Assembly: GCA_963729605.1 (NCBI GenBank)
Contig: CAVSNY010000006.1
Span: 441,529 to 505,528 of the forward strand
Source of the DNA: an uncultured Gammaproteobacteria bacterium
Lineage (GTDB): Bacteria > Pseudomonadota > Gammaproteobacteria > DRLM01
Direction of reading: 5' to 3'
Length of the DNA: 64,000 nucleotides
Below, piece after piece: positions 1 through 9,414 of the stretch. The notes beneath the pieces are model-generated. The model was not told the DNA's origin, made no database searches, and saw nothing but the letters and a program-made list of their open reading frames with translations. A program made the translations under genes and the position numbers. Numbering within the stretch: the first letter of the stretch is position 1; every line of letters starts with the position of its first letter.

Positions 1-500
1 GCCATGTCCGAACCACGGCCGAAATAAGGGTGACTGGCGTCCTTGGGTCCGGCGACCAACTGAAAAGTTCGCGGTGTACGATCAGCCACTACGGTGACCG
101 GACCGGGGCGTTGCGCGGCCGGCACGCTTGCCGCGGGTTTGGACGGGACCGGGCTGGGCGCCACTACGGCGGGGGGCGCGACTACCGGCGCAGGCGCCGC
201 AGCGGGCGGAACGGCTTCGGCGGTTGGAACAACGTCGGCGGGTGGCGCGGATAAATCGGTTTTATTTTCCGGCGCGGTCTGCGGTGATTCCTCTACCGGC
301 GCGGACGGGGCCTCCGTGCTGCCGGCCTCCGGTTGCGTGAGGGCGTCGTCCGTGGTGGTGGCGACTACACTCGGCGATTGCGCCGACATGACCGGCGCCG
401 GCGCGGCGGTCTGCGCGACCTCTTTCTTTTCACCGGTGGACACACACGCCGTCATCGCCACCGCGATCGCCAGACATAACAATTTACGCTTTGAGTTCAT
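1..500 (-). CDS. Lipoprotein with Pro/Ala-rich linker, 3' end outside the window (not in ORF track)
   Basis: Read by hand: GAGGAG RBS, ATG at 500, MNSKRKLLCLAIAVAMTA-C (lipobox), then a long P/A/E-rich linker and ...TFQLVAGPKDASHPYFGRGSDM, open to position 1. Confidence 0.8.
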   Translation of the reverse strand, partial: MNSKRKLLCLAIAVAMTACVSTGEKKEVAQTAAPAPVMSAQSPSVVATTTDDALTQPEAGSTEAPSAPVEESPQTAPENKTDLSAPPADVVPTAEAVPPAAAPAPVVAPPAVVAPSPVPSKPAASVPAAQRPGPVTVVADRTPRTFQLVAGPKDASHPYFGRGSDM

Positions 501-655
501 ACGTCTCCTCGCCGAATCTCATGGCCATACCCAGCCGCAAAGCGTCCGCCGACCCGGTTCATCTCGAACTCAGTCCAGATGAAATTTACCTCCTGGGCAA
601 CGGTGTTGCTCACAGTTTGTCCGTAAAACACGGTGTCAAAAACGGGCTAAATGCG

Positions 656-683
656 GCGGCGCCACAATCACTTGTGGCGCCGC
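656..683. terminator. 12-bp stem hairpin after the triheme gene
   Basis: GCGGCGCCACAA-TCAC-TTGTGGCGCCGC; weak U-tract, so possibly an mRNA-stabilising hairpin. Confidence 0.45.
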
Positions 684-696
684 TTGCGTTATCGGA

Positions 697-1398
697 CTAA
701 CGCCAGGGATTCTTAAGCGTGGCGTCGCTCAACGGCGGCGACCAATCCGCGGGCTTGGGCTTGGAGTGGCACTTGGAGCAGGTCTTGGTGGTGATCGGGA
801 AAGAAACCTTGCCATGACACACACCGCACTTCTGTCCCAACAGAATGGCCGACATATTGATTTGGTTGGCCCCTTTCTGCGGGATGAAGATGGCGGGATG
901 ACAGTTGGCGCAGGACAGCCATTCGGTGTGTTGACGATGGGGGAACACCACGTCCGGCACCGAGGCCTTCACCTCGCGGACGATATCCATGTCCATCACG
1001 AAGGGCTCTTCGCTGGAATCGATACGGTCCCAGCGGGGTGAGAGCTTCTTCTCGTCGATGGCCTTCACCCAGTCGACATGATTGCCGAACTCGGTGGTGG
1101 GCAGACCTTTATAGGCCTCCTTAGGCGGCTGGAGAATATGGGTGCCTTCGTTCTCCGGATCGTGATAGCCGCTCTCCGGCGGCGCCGCGTTGGGATCCTT
1201 TTCCTTCTTCAAATTGCGGTTGAAGGTGTTGGAGGACGAGACATCGGCGAGCATCAAGCGTTCGCCGGGCGCCGCCTGCTGCATGGCACCACTAAACAGA
1301 CCCGCGTCCGCGGCGAAGGCGGAAGCAGAAACCAGCAGGGTCAACACCGCTGATCCTACAAAGATTTTCAATTGTTGTGTCATGACCACGCTCCTCAC
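697..1398 (-). CDS. Periplasmic triheme c7-type cytochrome c with N-terminal extension
   Basis: Signal peptide (..SASAFA); VVFPH..H, CANCH, INM..I..G..CGVCH, CSKCH, the pattern of c7-type triheme domains; true start may be ~1383. Confidence 0.9.
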   Translation of the reverse strand: MRSVVMTQQLKIFVGSAVLTLLVSASAFAADAGLFSGAMQQAAPGERLMLADVSSSNTFNRNLKKEKDPNAAPPESGYHDPENEGTHILQPPKEAYKGLPTTEFGNHVDWVKAIDEKKLSPRWDRIDSSEEPFVMDMDIVREVKASVPDVVFPHRQHTEWLSCANCHPAIFIPQKGANQINMSAILLGQKCGVCHGKVSFPITTKTCSKCHSKPKPADWSPPLSDATLKNPWR

Positions 1399-1407
1399 AT
1401 TGACCGG

Positions 1408-1854
1408 TTACTGTTTGGCAGGCTGTTGTGGAGCGTTGAGCGCCTTATAAGGTGGCGACACTAGACGCTGCACGGTGCTCCCGTGAATGTGGGTCGGCGT
1501 GCCAGGTATGCCGGAATGGCACATATTGCAGTTCTCCACGGACCAAGCCACCTCCCCGTTATGGCAAGCGCCGCAGAATTTACCGTCGATGATCTTGGCC
1601 ATGGTGATCTTGTTGCCGCCGGCTTTGAACTCGAATCCCAGGTCGGCATGACAGACCTTGCAAGTGAAACGAATACGATGAAACCAGTGCGGGAATACCA
1701 CGGGACGCATACCGGCCGCGTCGGCGTAATTATTAATGATCACATCGGCATATTCCGCTTTGGCGGGGGTCATGGCCAGCAGGGCCAGTCCCGCTAACAC
1801 CCCCAAAATGGAAAATCTCCATTTGATGCTACGGTCGGCTTTGTAGGACGTCAT
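1408..1854 (-). CDS. Periplasmic triheme c7-type cytochrome c
   Basis: Signal peptide (..PAKA); VVFPHWFH, CKVCH, ITM..I.DGKFCGACH, CNMCH; GAGGAG RBS. Confidence 0.92.
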   Translation of the reverse strand: MTSYKADRSIKWRFSILGVLAGLALLAMTPAKAEYADVIINNYADAAGMRPVVFPHWFHRIRFTCKVCHADLGFEFKAGGNKITMAKIIDGKFCGACHNGEVAWSVENCNMCHSGIPGTPTHIHGSTVQRLVSPPYKALNAPQQPAKQ

Positions 1855-1932
1855 GCACGGTCTCCTCGGTTAATTTGACGTATTATAATTAATCACCAGC
1901 AAACGTGGTAATGGTTTCAAAGAGCAACCCCA

Positions 1933-3684
1933 TTAAAATCGGCGCATCACGCGAAAGTATAAGAGCTGCGAAGCCTCGTGGCCGTTATCCATCCATCTGA
2001 AACTCAGGCTGGCGTCCACCAATCCGATGGTGTAATTCAGGCGGTTTTCCCATTCGTTGCGATCCAAACCCTCACCCGTGGAGGCTTGCGAGAGCCGCAG
2101 GTCGGAGTTGAATTGCAGGCGCGGAATACTGAACAGGGTTTGCTGAAGATAACTGATCTGACCGGTGGTGGTGGTCACCGAGCCGTCATTGGCTCCACCG
2201 GAGAAATCGCGCACCACCGTCTGCAACGTCAAATGGCCCGACAACGTGCTGCGCGCACCCAAGGCCTGATAACGCGAGGCCTGCAAATTCACCAGCTGCT
2301 GCTCATCGCTCAGATCACCGAAATTACGCGAATCCGACAAGGTGAGTTGCACCAGGGTGGTCGCACCCTGAGTGGACGACTGATTCCAGCCCAAGCTTGC
2401 GCTGTGATCCAGGCGATGCTGAGTGGCCTCATCACCGGTGGTCAACACCTCGTTGAAGGCCTGAGTCAGACCCACGCGCAAAGACGATTGCGGGTCCAGC
2501 ATCCACATCCTCTGCGCATCGTGACCCAATGAGGCCTGTAACGACTGGACGTTTTCATCCACGTCGCTCTGGTTTTCCAGCGCGCCGCTGACATACCACT
2601 GATACGTAAAACTCCGCCATTCGATCAGATCGGATTGCAGCAGGGCGCCAAGTCGCTGGCGATGCAGGGTTTGATTGGCGCCATTGATATCCGACTGACT
2701 GAAATTGGCGCTGCCGTCAAAGCGCAGCCGTTTCGAATATTGATAGAAGGCGCCCGCCGTCGCGCCGAAGCTGGCTTGATCGCTGGATTGCGCGGAATTT
2801 TCGCCGGCCATGGTATAGGCGCGCGCGCCCGCGCTGACCGTCCAGCGTTTATCGACCGGCCGCCAGAACGTGAAGCTGGATACCTGGTTGATTTCCGTGG
2901 TGACGGTATCCACCAAGCCGGTCGCCCCTTCGAAGGTGGTATCGAGATGGTAATGGCTGGCCTTGGTGTCGAGCCGGATATCCTCGTTGGGGAAATAATA
3001 ATGATCGACGTCGAGAATGAAATTTTCTTGGTGGCGATCGGTGCGCGACTGATCGGTGGTTTCTATATTGCCGCGGAACAACAAGCGCTGGCGGACCGGC
3101 CGCCAGTCCAATTCCACGCCCATAATTTCGTTTTCATAGGTACCGCTCAGGTCCGAATCCCAGGTGCGCGCACCATATCGCAACTGGGCGCGATGGCCTT
3201 CTTCGGTGATGTACGATTGCCGCAAATCCAAATTGGTGGTTTGGTATTCCGAACCGAACACCCGCACCAGCGGGTTGTAGACCACGGTATTGTCCACCCG
3301 GCTGTCGGTGGCTTGATACAACAAGCGGAAAGGGGTGCGGCTGTCCGGCAACACGTTGAGCATCAGGTCGCCGGAATACACGTCCGAGGTGGTGCTGGTG
3401 CTGGCGTTGCCGTCGTCCAGGTCCGAGCTGTCCTTGGCCAGGGTGGCGCCGCCCTCGACGGTGGCGAACCACGGCTGCCAGATATAAGAGCGTAAGCGCA
3501 GATTTCCCAACAACTGGTTGCTGGTGGCGTCGGTGGTATCGGTGCTGAGCGAACGGAAACTGTAACCCACGCTGCCTGACACATCCACGGGCAAGGCGCG
3601 CGCCGCGGGGCACACGGACACCAGCGCCACCAGCGCCAAGCCCTGGGTGACGTGAGATGCGAACGCAGCACAGACCCGTCTCAT
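1933..3684 (-). CDS. Large outer-membrane beta-barrel (~583 aa), putative porin of a porin-cytochrome conduit
   Basis: Probable start MRRVCAAF at 3684; signal peptide ..PAARA; amphipathic strands throughout; C-terminal YFRVMRRF BAM-type signal; no CxxCH; flanked by multiheme genes. Confidence 0.82.
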   Translation of the reverse strand: MRRVCAAFASHVTQGLALVALVSVCPAARALPVDVSGSVGYSFRSLSTDTTDATSNQLLGNLRLRSYIWQPWFATVEGGATLAKDSSDLDDGNASTSTTSDVYSGDLMLNVLPDSRTPFRLLYQATDSRVDNTVVYNPLVRVFGSEYQTTNLDLRQSYITEEGHRAQLRYGARTWDSDLSGTYENEIMGVELDWRPVRQRLLFRGNIETTDQSRTDRHQENFILDVDHYYFPNEDIRLDTKASHYHLDTTFEGATGLVDTVTTEINQVSSFTFWRPVDKRWTVSAGARAYTMAGENSAQSSDQASFGATAGAFYQYSKRLRFDGSANFSQSDINGANQTLHRQRLGALLQSDLIEWRSFTYQWYVSGALENQSDVDENVQSLQASLGHDAQRMWMLDPQSSLRVGLTQAFNEVLTTGDEATQHRLDHSASLGWNQSSTQGATTLVQLTLSDSRNFGDLSDEQQLVNLQASRYQALGARSTLSGHLTLQTVVRDFSGGANDGSVTTTTGQISYLQQTLFSIPRLQFNSDLRLSQASTGEGLDRNEWENRLNYTIGLVDASLSFRWMDNGHEASQLLYFRVMRRF

Positions 3685-3985
3685 TGTTATTATCGCGCGC
3701 CCCTCAGTGACATATCCCCTCGAAGCCTCCACCCGGCGCTCCCCCGGATGGCGAGCTACAACGCGCGCGCGGACATTGCCCCCGTCCGCCGTCGTGCGCA
3801 TTGCCGCGCGCCGTAAATTTTTTCACCTTAAGCGACCTCGCACCTCAATGCAAGATCACTCGCCCTCAACGACCGGCGCCACTCATTTTTAATCGCCTAG
3901 CGGCGCCCACTCTCCCTTGCCCGCCCTGATGTCGCCCGACAATCCCTCCTTGATCGGGACTGAAAATTAATACATCGGCCGCAAT

Positions 3986-4804
3986 TTATTTATTATGACA
4001 AGTTAAACACACGGCGCTGCCCGCTGGGTCAACGCGAAGGAAAGTGGGGGTCTCATCCACGTGGGGATCATGGCAGGAGCCGCACTCCACATAAGGCTGC
4101 GCCTCGCCCGCATACGCCCCCCGCGTCGCCACCCGGGTATACAGCTTCATATCGGTACGTTCGAAGGATTGAGTCCCCTCGGGGGTATTGACCCACCACA
4201 CCCGGCTGGTGCCCATGATCTCTGAATTGGCGGGATGAAAATCCCGGTCCGCGCCCGGTCCGCCCGCGTTCGACAGTGAATAACCACCACCCGCGTATTG
4301 AATACCGATAGGATGGTCGTTGGTGAGATCCTTGCCCAAATTAGTGATCACCGCCGGCCGGCCGATGCGGCCTTGCGCGGGCCGCGCCTGTCCGCTCCAG
4401 GCCCCGTTGCGAAAACCGGGCACCTGCACGCCGGAGCCCGGCTCGTTGATCAAGGTATCCATGGCTTGCGTGCCGTCGTGGCAGGAAAGGCAGGCGACCG
4501 AGACCGAACCTATCGGCTCGATGGACCCATCGAGGGTGGTGGTGCCGAGTTGATCGTAGGTTTCGTAGCCGGTGGGGTCGATGTTGCGGTTCCATAATGG
4601 AACGGCCGCGCTGGCGTTGGCCCCATGAGGCGTATGACAAAATACGCAGATCTCCCGCGTGCCGTCGATATTGCTCACGGCATTCAGCCCCCCCGCACTC
4701 AAGTTGTGCTTGGTATTAAATACGCCGCCGAGGCTCACGCCCCCCGCCAACCACAGCAGCGTCGCTCCGGCAAAAACCAAAGCGCGATAACCGGTTTTCA
4801 TCAC
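3986..4804 (-). CDS. Secreted tetraheme cytochrome c, OmcE-like
   Basis: Four CxxCH (CVFCH, CLSCH, CGSCH, CLTCH) and four distal-His motifs (NTKH, CHTPH, NDHP, CHDPH); blocks PLWNR, NLGKDLTNDHP, PTFLR..GS..CLTCHNK follow the OmcE order as recalled. Confidence 0.9.
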   Translation of the reverse strand: MMKTGYRALVFAGATLLWLAGGVSLGGVFNTKHNLSAGGLNAVSNIDGTREICVFCHTPHGANASAAVPLWNRNIDPTGYETYDQLGTTTLDGSIEPIGSVSVACLSCHDGTQAMDTLINEPGSGVQVPGFRNGAWSGQARPAQGRIGRPAVITNLGKDLTNDHPIGIQYAGGGYSLSNAGGPGADRDFHPANSEIMGTSRVWWVNTPEGTQSFERTDMKLYTRVATRGAYAGEAQPYVECGSCHDPHVDETPTFLRVDPAGSAVCLTCHNK

Positions 4805-5086
4805 TCGCCCCTTTAAAGGGTTTTCCGCCGTCAGATTTTGTCAACTTAGGCGCTAAGTTACAAGTGTTTAAACTGACTATGGCCATCGGCGCGCAAAACC
4901 TTGTGATTCGCCCGCTTCCAAAGTTAGTCAAAACGGCGCGGGAGCCGAAAATGACCGCGCATCAAAACCAGCGGCCGCGGCCCTTCCCGTCTCAACGCCT
5001 CATCAAACGCGCTTGATTATTTTAGCGACGTCGCCTGACAGTGGAGCAACCGTTGACCGTTCACATCCAACCGGACATATCGACAT

Positions 5087-5116
5087 AAAAAAGGGCGCCT
5101 GCAGGCGCCCTTTTTT
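5087..5116. terminator. Intrinsic terminator of porin 1 (bidirectional form)
   Basis: AAAAAAGGGCGCCT-GC-AGGCGCCCTTTTTT. Confidence 0.85.
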
Positions 5117-5135
5117 CTCATGCCTCGGTTCCAAC

Positions 5136-6182
5136 TTATTTCGAAGAAAATTTATGGTTGATACCCAATGACAGGGCCGACGCATCCTGGCCGGTCACCG
5201 AGTTCAACCTGGTCAAGTCATAATTGCCATTGTCGCCATTGCTCATCAGGTTGTACATCGCGTACAACTCGGTGTTCTTGGTGAAGTTGCGAAACACGCC
5301 CAAGGCGAAATGGGTGGCGCCGGAATCGGCCTCCGAGTCTTTTTCATCGGCCATGGCGACCGAACCCTTCAGCGTATAACCCTCCAGCTTATGGGCCACG
5401 CTCACCAGAAAGGCATTGCGCTGATTGTCGGCGCCGCCCTCATCGGCGCTTTCAAAAATCGCCCCCACCGTGGTGGGACCGAAGGCATAGCTGCCGCCCA
5501 CCTTCATGGCCACCGCATCGTCGCCGTTGGTGTGATAGGCATTGAGCGACTCGTAAGCGGCGGTGAGGTACCAGGGACCGCTGTTGTAACTGCCGTTCAC
5601 GCTGTAGACATCGCGATCGCTCTACCGCGTGGTCATGGGCAGATCGTCATCGCCCCGATGATCGGCAAACACATAGCCCAGCATCGCGCTGAAGCCGTTC
5701 ATGCTCGGCGTCGTGTAGATGATAATGTTGGAGGCGCGGCGATCGAACAATTTATTGCCGTCGTCCACGCTGCCGATGATGGCGTTGAAATCGCCCTTGG
5801 TCTCGGCAAAGATATCCAGCTTGGAGGTGGCCCTTTTATAGGGGGTATCGTGTTTGCCCGCCAGCACCTGACCAAATCCGCCCGTCAGACCCACAAAGGT
5901 GTTGCGCTGGCTGCTGAACGCCGCGCCGTCGTCAAAATCCACCTGCTGCTCGATCTGCCACAAGGCGGCGAGTCCGTTACCCAAATCCTCGTCGCCCTTG
6001 AAACCCAGACGGGAATCGTAGCTGGTCAGACTAATGGCGCTGTCTTCATTGCCCGCCGTGGGGTCATTATTGTTATTGAAATCCAACGAGACATAAGCCG
6101 CCCCATACACCTCCACGCCGGCCTGCGCCAACGGCGCCATCATGGCAGCCACGACACCCGCGGCGATCATATGTTTATTCAT
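5136..6182 (-). pseudogene. Gram-negative porin paralog 1, interrupted by in-frame TAG at 5622-5624
   Basis: ORFs 5622..6305 and 5136..5600 share a frame; joined reading MNKHMIAAG...DLPMTTR*SDRDVYSVNGSY...INHKFSSK is colinear with both neighbouring porins; stop may be a sequencing error. Confidence 0.75.
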
Positions 6183-6363
6183 TATTCCCCCTCGACTATA
6201 TTGAACCCCGTCTAAATCAACCCCGTCGATCAAAAACCGCCTTGCGCCGCGCGCTGGTCTGATGTTGATATCTTCCCGTGAAAAATCAGCACGGTAATCG
6301 CTCAACAGTCTAACAGTAGCGCATAGCCGCCTTTGTCACAACGCTCTCCTGCATGCGTTTCTC

Positions 6364-6389
6364 AAAAAAAAGGCGCCCGCAGGCGCCTT
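6364..6389 (-). terminator. Intrinsic terminator of porin 2
   Basis: A8-GGCGCC-CGCA-GGCGCC-TT on + strand (hairpin then U-run on -). Confidence 0.8.
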
Positions 6390-6411
6390 CTCATTCTTGG
6401 ACAGTGAAGAT

Positions 6412-7479
6412 TTATTTGGAGGAGAAATTATGGTTGATACCGACAGATATCGCCGAGACACTCTTGTCGGCAAACCCCGCGACGGCCTGAGAACCCGACC
6501 ACAGGCCGTAAGTGCCGTTGCTATCATTATCCACCTGCGTATAGAGGGCATACACCTCGGTGTTCTTGGTGAATGAATGAAAACCGCCGAGGGTGAGCTG
6601 GGTGGCGCCGCTGCTGCTGATGCCATCCACGTCATCGGCCATCGCGATGGCCGCCTTCAAGCTGTTGTCACCCATTTTGTGCGTTGCACTCGCATACCAG
6701 GCACTGCGTTCACCGTTGGCGCCGCCGCGATCGGCGTTTTCAAACAGGCCCGAGAGCACGGTGCCTTGCCCGAAATTCCACGCCGCGCCGACGCGGTAGG
6801 CGACGCCGTCGTCGTTCGCGGTGAGATTGCCGATGGTCTCGTAGCTCGCAGCAAGATAGAGCGGACCGTTCTCGTAGCCCGCGCCGACGCTGACGAGTTC
6901 ACGTTCGCTGTCGGTGGTGGTCATGGGCAAATCATCGCTGGTGCGATTGAACGAATACGCCGCATGCAGTTTGAGCCCCGCCATATCCGGGGAGGCGTAA
7001 GCCACGATGTTGGGCGTGCGGTTATCGAACAAGCGGTTGCCGCGGATATTGCCGATGATGGCGTTGTAATCGCCTTTGGTATCGGAGAAGGGATCGAAGC
7101 GCGCGGTCACGATGCGTAACGGGGTTTCATAGCGCCCCGCCAGCACCGTACCGAAACCGCCGCCCAACCCGATGAAGGTATTGCGGGCGCTCTGGAAGGC
7201 CGAGCCGGTATCGAAGTCCACCTGGGTCTCGAGCTGCCACAACGCGCTCAAACCATTGCCCAAATCCTCGTCACCCTTGAAACCCAGGCGCGAGGTATTG
7301 CTCGACAGCGACACCGCGCTGTCCTCGTTTCCCACCGTGGGATCATCGTTATTGATGAAGTCCAGCGACATACGGGCCTTACCGTAAACCTCGACACCGG
7401 CCTGCACGGCGAAAGAGGCGCCCACCGCCATCGTCGCCGCTACCGCCGTCACCAGCCCCCTCTTGCTCATCATCTTCAT
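6412..7479 (-). CDS. Gram-negative porin paralog 2
   Basis: Signal peptide, GVEVYG, SRLGFKGDEDLGNGLSALWQLE, RNTFIGLGGGFG, C-terminal VGINHNF. Confidence 0.92.
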   Translation of the reverse strand: MKMMSKRGLVTAVAATMAVGASFAVQAGVEVYGKARMSLDFINNDDPTVGNEDSAVSLSSNTSRLGFKGDEDLGNGLSALWQLETQVDFDTGSAFQSARNTFIGLGGGFGTVLAGRYETPLRIVTARFDPFSDTKGDYNAIIGNIRGNRLFDNRTPNIVAYASPDMAGLKLHAAYSFNRTSDDLPMTTTDSERELVSVGAGYENGPLYLAASYETIGNLTANDDGVAYRVGAAWNFGQGTVLSGLFENADRGGANGERSAWYASATHKMGDNSLKAAIAMADDVDGISSSGATQLTLGGFHSFTKNTEVYALYTQVDNDSNGTYGLWSGSQAVAGFADKSVSAISVGINHNFSSK

Positions 7480-7579
7480 TTCACATTCCTCCGGCTATAA
7501 ATGTAGAAGCATCATCAGACCGCTGGCGATTCTATAAACCTTCTATTACGCATTCATGACAAACGCCGGCATACACACC

Positions 7580-7608
7580 AAAAAAAAGGGCGCCCGCAGG
7601 CGCCCTTT
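7580..7608 (-). terminator. Intrinsic terminator of porin 3
   Basis: A8-GGGCGCC-CGCA-GGCGCCC-TTT on + strand. Confidence 0.8.
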
Positions 7609-7634
7609 CTGTCCAACCTCGAAGAGTAAATAAA

Positions 7635-8687
7635 TTACTTCGAGCTGAACTTGTGGTTGATGCCCACCGAGAAGGCGGACATGTCTTCGCCAGCAAACGA
7701 ATTGGAGTTACTGAACAGGCCGTAGTTCGCGTTGGCGTCGTTGCTGACCACCGTGTACAGCGCGTACACGTCGGTGTTGGCGGACAGGGCCTGACCCACG
7801 CCCAGCGCGAAGTGGGTCGCGCCGCTGTCGGTCACGCCACCAACTTCGTCGGCCATCGCGACCGAGGCCATCAGGCTGGTGTCGCCCATCTTGTGCTTGA
7901 CGTTCAGCAACCAGGCGTCGCGGTCGCCGTTGGCGCCGCCGACATCGGCACTTTCCCAGATGGCGCCAATGGTGGTCGCGTCCGTGATGGTGTAGGTGCC
8001 GCCGATCTTCCACGCGCTGGCGTCGTCGCCGCCCACACCTGCGGCATTCAGCGACTCATACGCGGCGGTGACGAAGAGCGGCCCATTGGTGTAACCGGCG
8101 CTCAAGCTGTAGGCATCACGGTCGTTGCCGGCCGTGGAGATAGGCAGGTCGTCATCATTATTGATATCAGACAGGATATAGGCCACGCTGGCCTTGAAGC
8201 CGTTCATGTCCGGCGTCATGTAGGCGATGGCGTTGTCGGCGCGGTTGTCGAATACCACGTTGCCGTTCACCGAGCCCATGATCGCGTTGTAGTCGCCGCG
8301 GGTGTTGCGGAACACGTCCATGTAGTTGGTCGACGACTTGTAGGGGGTGCTCAGGTGGCCGGCCAGCACGGTACCGAAGCCGCCGCCCAAGCCGATGAAG
8401 GTGTCACGGGCCGAGGTGTTGGCCGCGCCGGTGTCGAAATCCATCTGCTGCTCGAACTGCCACAGCGCCGACAGACCGTTGCCGAGGTCCTCGTCACCGC
8501 GGAAGCCGATGCGCGACTTGTTGCTGGACAGGCTGATGGCGCTGTCTTCTGCGCCAGCGGTGTTGTCATTATTGGTGACGAAATCAAGAGAGGCGCGGGC
8601 CTCACCGTACACTTCAACACCGGCTTGGGCCGCCAGAGGGGCCGTCAACGCGGCGGCAACACCAAGAGCAATCAACTTCTTGTTCAT
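7635..8687 (-). CDS. Gram-negative porin paralog 3 (probably the major porin)
   Basis: MNKKLIAL signal, SRIGFRGDEDLGNGL, C-terminal VGINHKF; strongly biased codons. Confidence 0.93.
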   Translation of the reverse strand: MNKKLIALGVAAALTAPLAAQAGVEVYGEARASLDFVTNNDNTAGAEDSAISLSSNKSRIGFRGDEDLGNGLSALWQFEQQMDFDTGAANTSARDTFIGLGGGFGTVLAGHLSTPYKSSTNYMDVFRNTRGDYNAIMGSVNGNVVFDNRADNAIAYMTPDMNGFKASVAYILSDINNDDDLPISTAGNDRDAYSLSAGYTNGPLFVTAAYESLNAAGVGGDDASAWKIGGTYTITDATTIGAIWESADVGGANGDRDAWLLNVKHKMGDTSLMASVAMADEVGGVTDSGATHFALGVGQALSANTDVYALYTVVSNDANANYGLFSNSNSFAGEDMSAFSVGINHKFSSK

Positions 8688-8875
8688 AAAAATCTCCCTG
8701 TTGGGTTTAAATTCGGTGGATTAAAAACGCTTAATCACTTAACTCAAGAGACTTGAGGTGGGGAGACTCTACGAAGGCGGAGGCGTAAAGACAACACTTA
8801 TTTTCAAAAAAACAACGAGGGTGAAGTTGTGTTGCTAAAAAGACACAGGACAGAAACGGGAAGAAGACGGAAAAA

Positions 8876-8949
8876 TGGCTGGGGGACTAGGATTCGAACC
8901 TAGGTTGGCGGAGTCAGAGTCCGCAGTCCTACCGCTAGACGATCCCCCA
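8876..8949 (-). tRNA. tRNA-Gln(CTG)
   Basis: Reverse complement TGGGGGATCGTCTAGCGGTAGGACT-GCGGA-CTCTGAC-TCCGC-CAACCTAGGTTCGAATCCTAG-TCCCCCAGCCA: cloverleaf, anticodon CTG, encoded CCA. Confidence 0.96.
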
Positions 8950-9021
8950 ACAACAACACGGATGAGGACTTATCGGCCCGAGGCCCGAACGAAAATCGCC
9001 CGGGCCTTAGACCTCAGTTCA

Positions 9022-9414
9022 TTAACGTTTCGAGTATTGCGGACGCTTGCGGGCTTTGTGCAAACCGACTTTCTTACGTTCCACCTCGCGGGCATCGCGG
9101 GTGAGGAAGCCGGCCTTGCGCATCGGGCTGCGCAGGGTCTCGTCGCGGTCGACCAGGGCGCGGGCGATGCCATGACGGATGGCGCCGGCCTGACCGCTGT
9201 TGCCGCCGCCACGCACGGTGATGGCGATGTCCAAGGAACCGACCATGTTGACCGCTTCCAAGGGTTGGAGCACGACGCGACGGGGCGTCTCGCGGCCGAA
9301 GTAATGTTCGAGCGTGCGATTATTGATGGTGATCTTTCCGGAGCCGCTGCTCAGGAAAACGCGGGCCGTCGCGGATTTGCGGCGGCCGATGGTGTTATTG
9401 GTCTGCTGTGCCAT
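9022..9414 (-). CDS. rpsI: 30S ribosomal protein S9
   Basis: [10 protein letters not shown]; [14 protein letters not shown]; [19 protein letters not shown]. Confidence 0.99.
   Translation of the reverse strand: MAQQTNNTIGRRKSATARVFLSSGSGKITINNRTLEHYFGRETPRRVVLQPLEAVNMVGSLDIAITVRGGGNSGQAGAIRHGIARALVDRDETLRSPMRKAGFLTRDAREVERKKVGLHKARKRPQYSKR

Noticed and set aside
5622-5624. Pyrrolysine or genome-wide TAG recoding
   Set aside because: TAG ends ordinary genes here (coq7, trpD, trpG, cusA) and no pyl genes are visible
5136-8687. Cyc2-type cytochrome-porin iron oxidases
   Set aside because: None of the three porins contains a CxxCH motif
8876-8949. tRNA-Gln as an integration site for the porin/cytochrome block
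   Set aside because: I saw no duplicated tRNA 3' end or integrase, and codon usage of the block looks host-like
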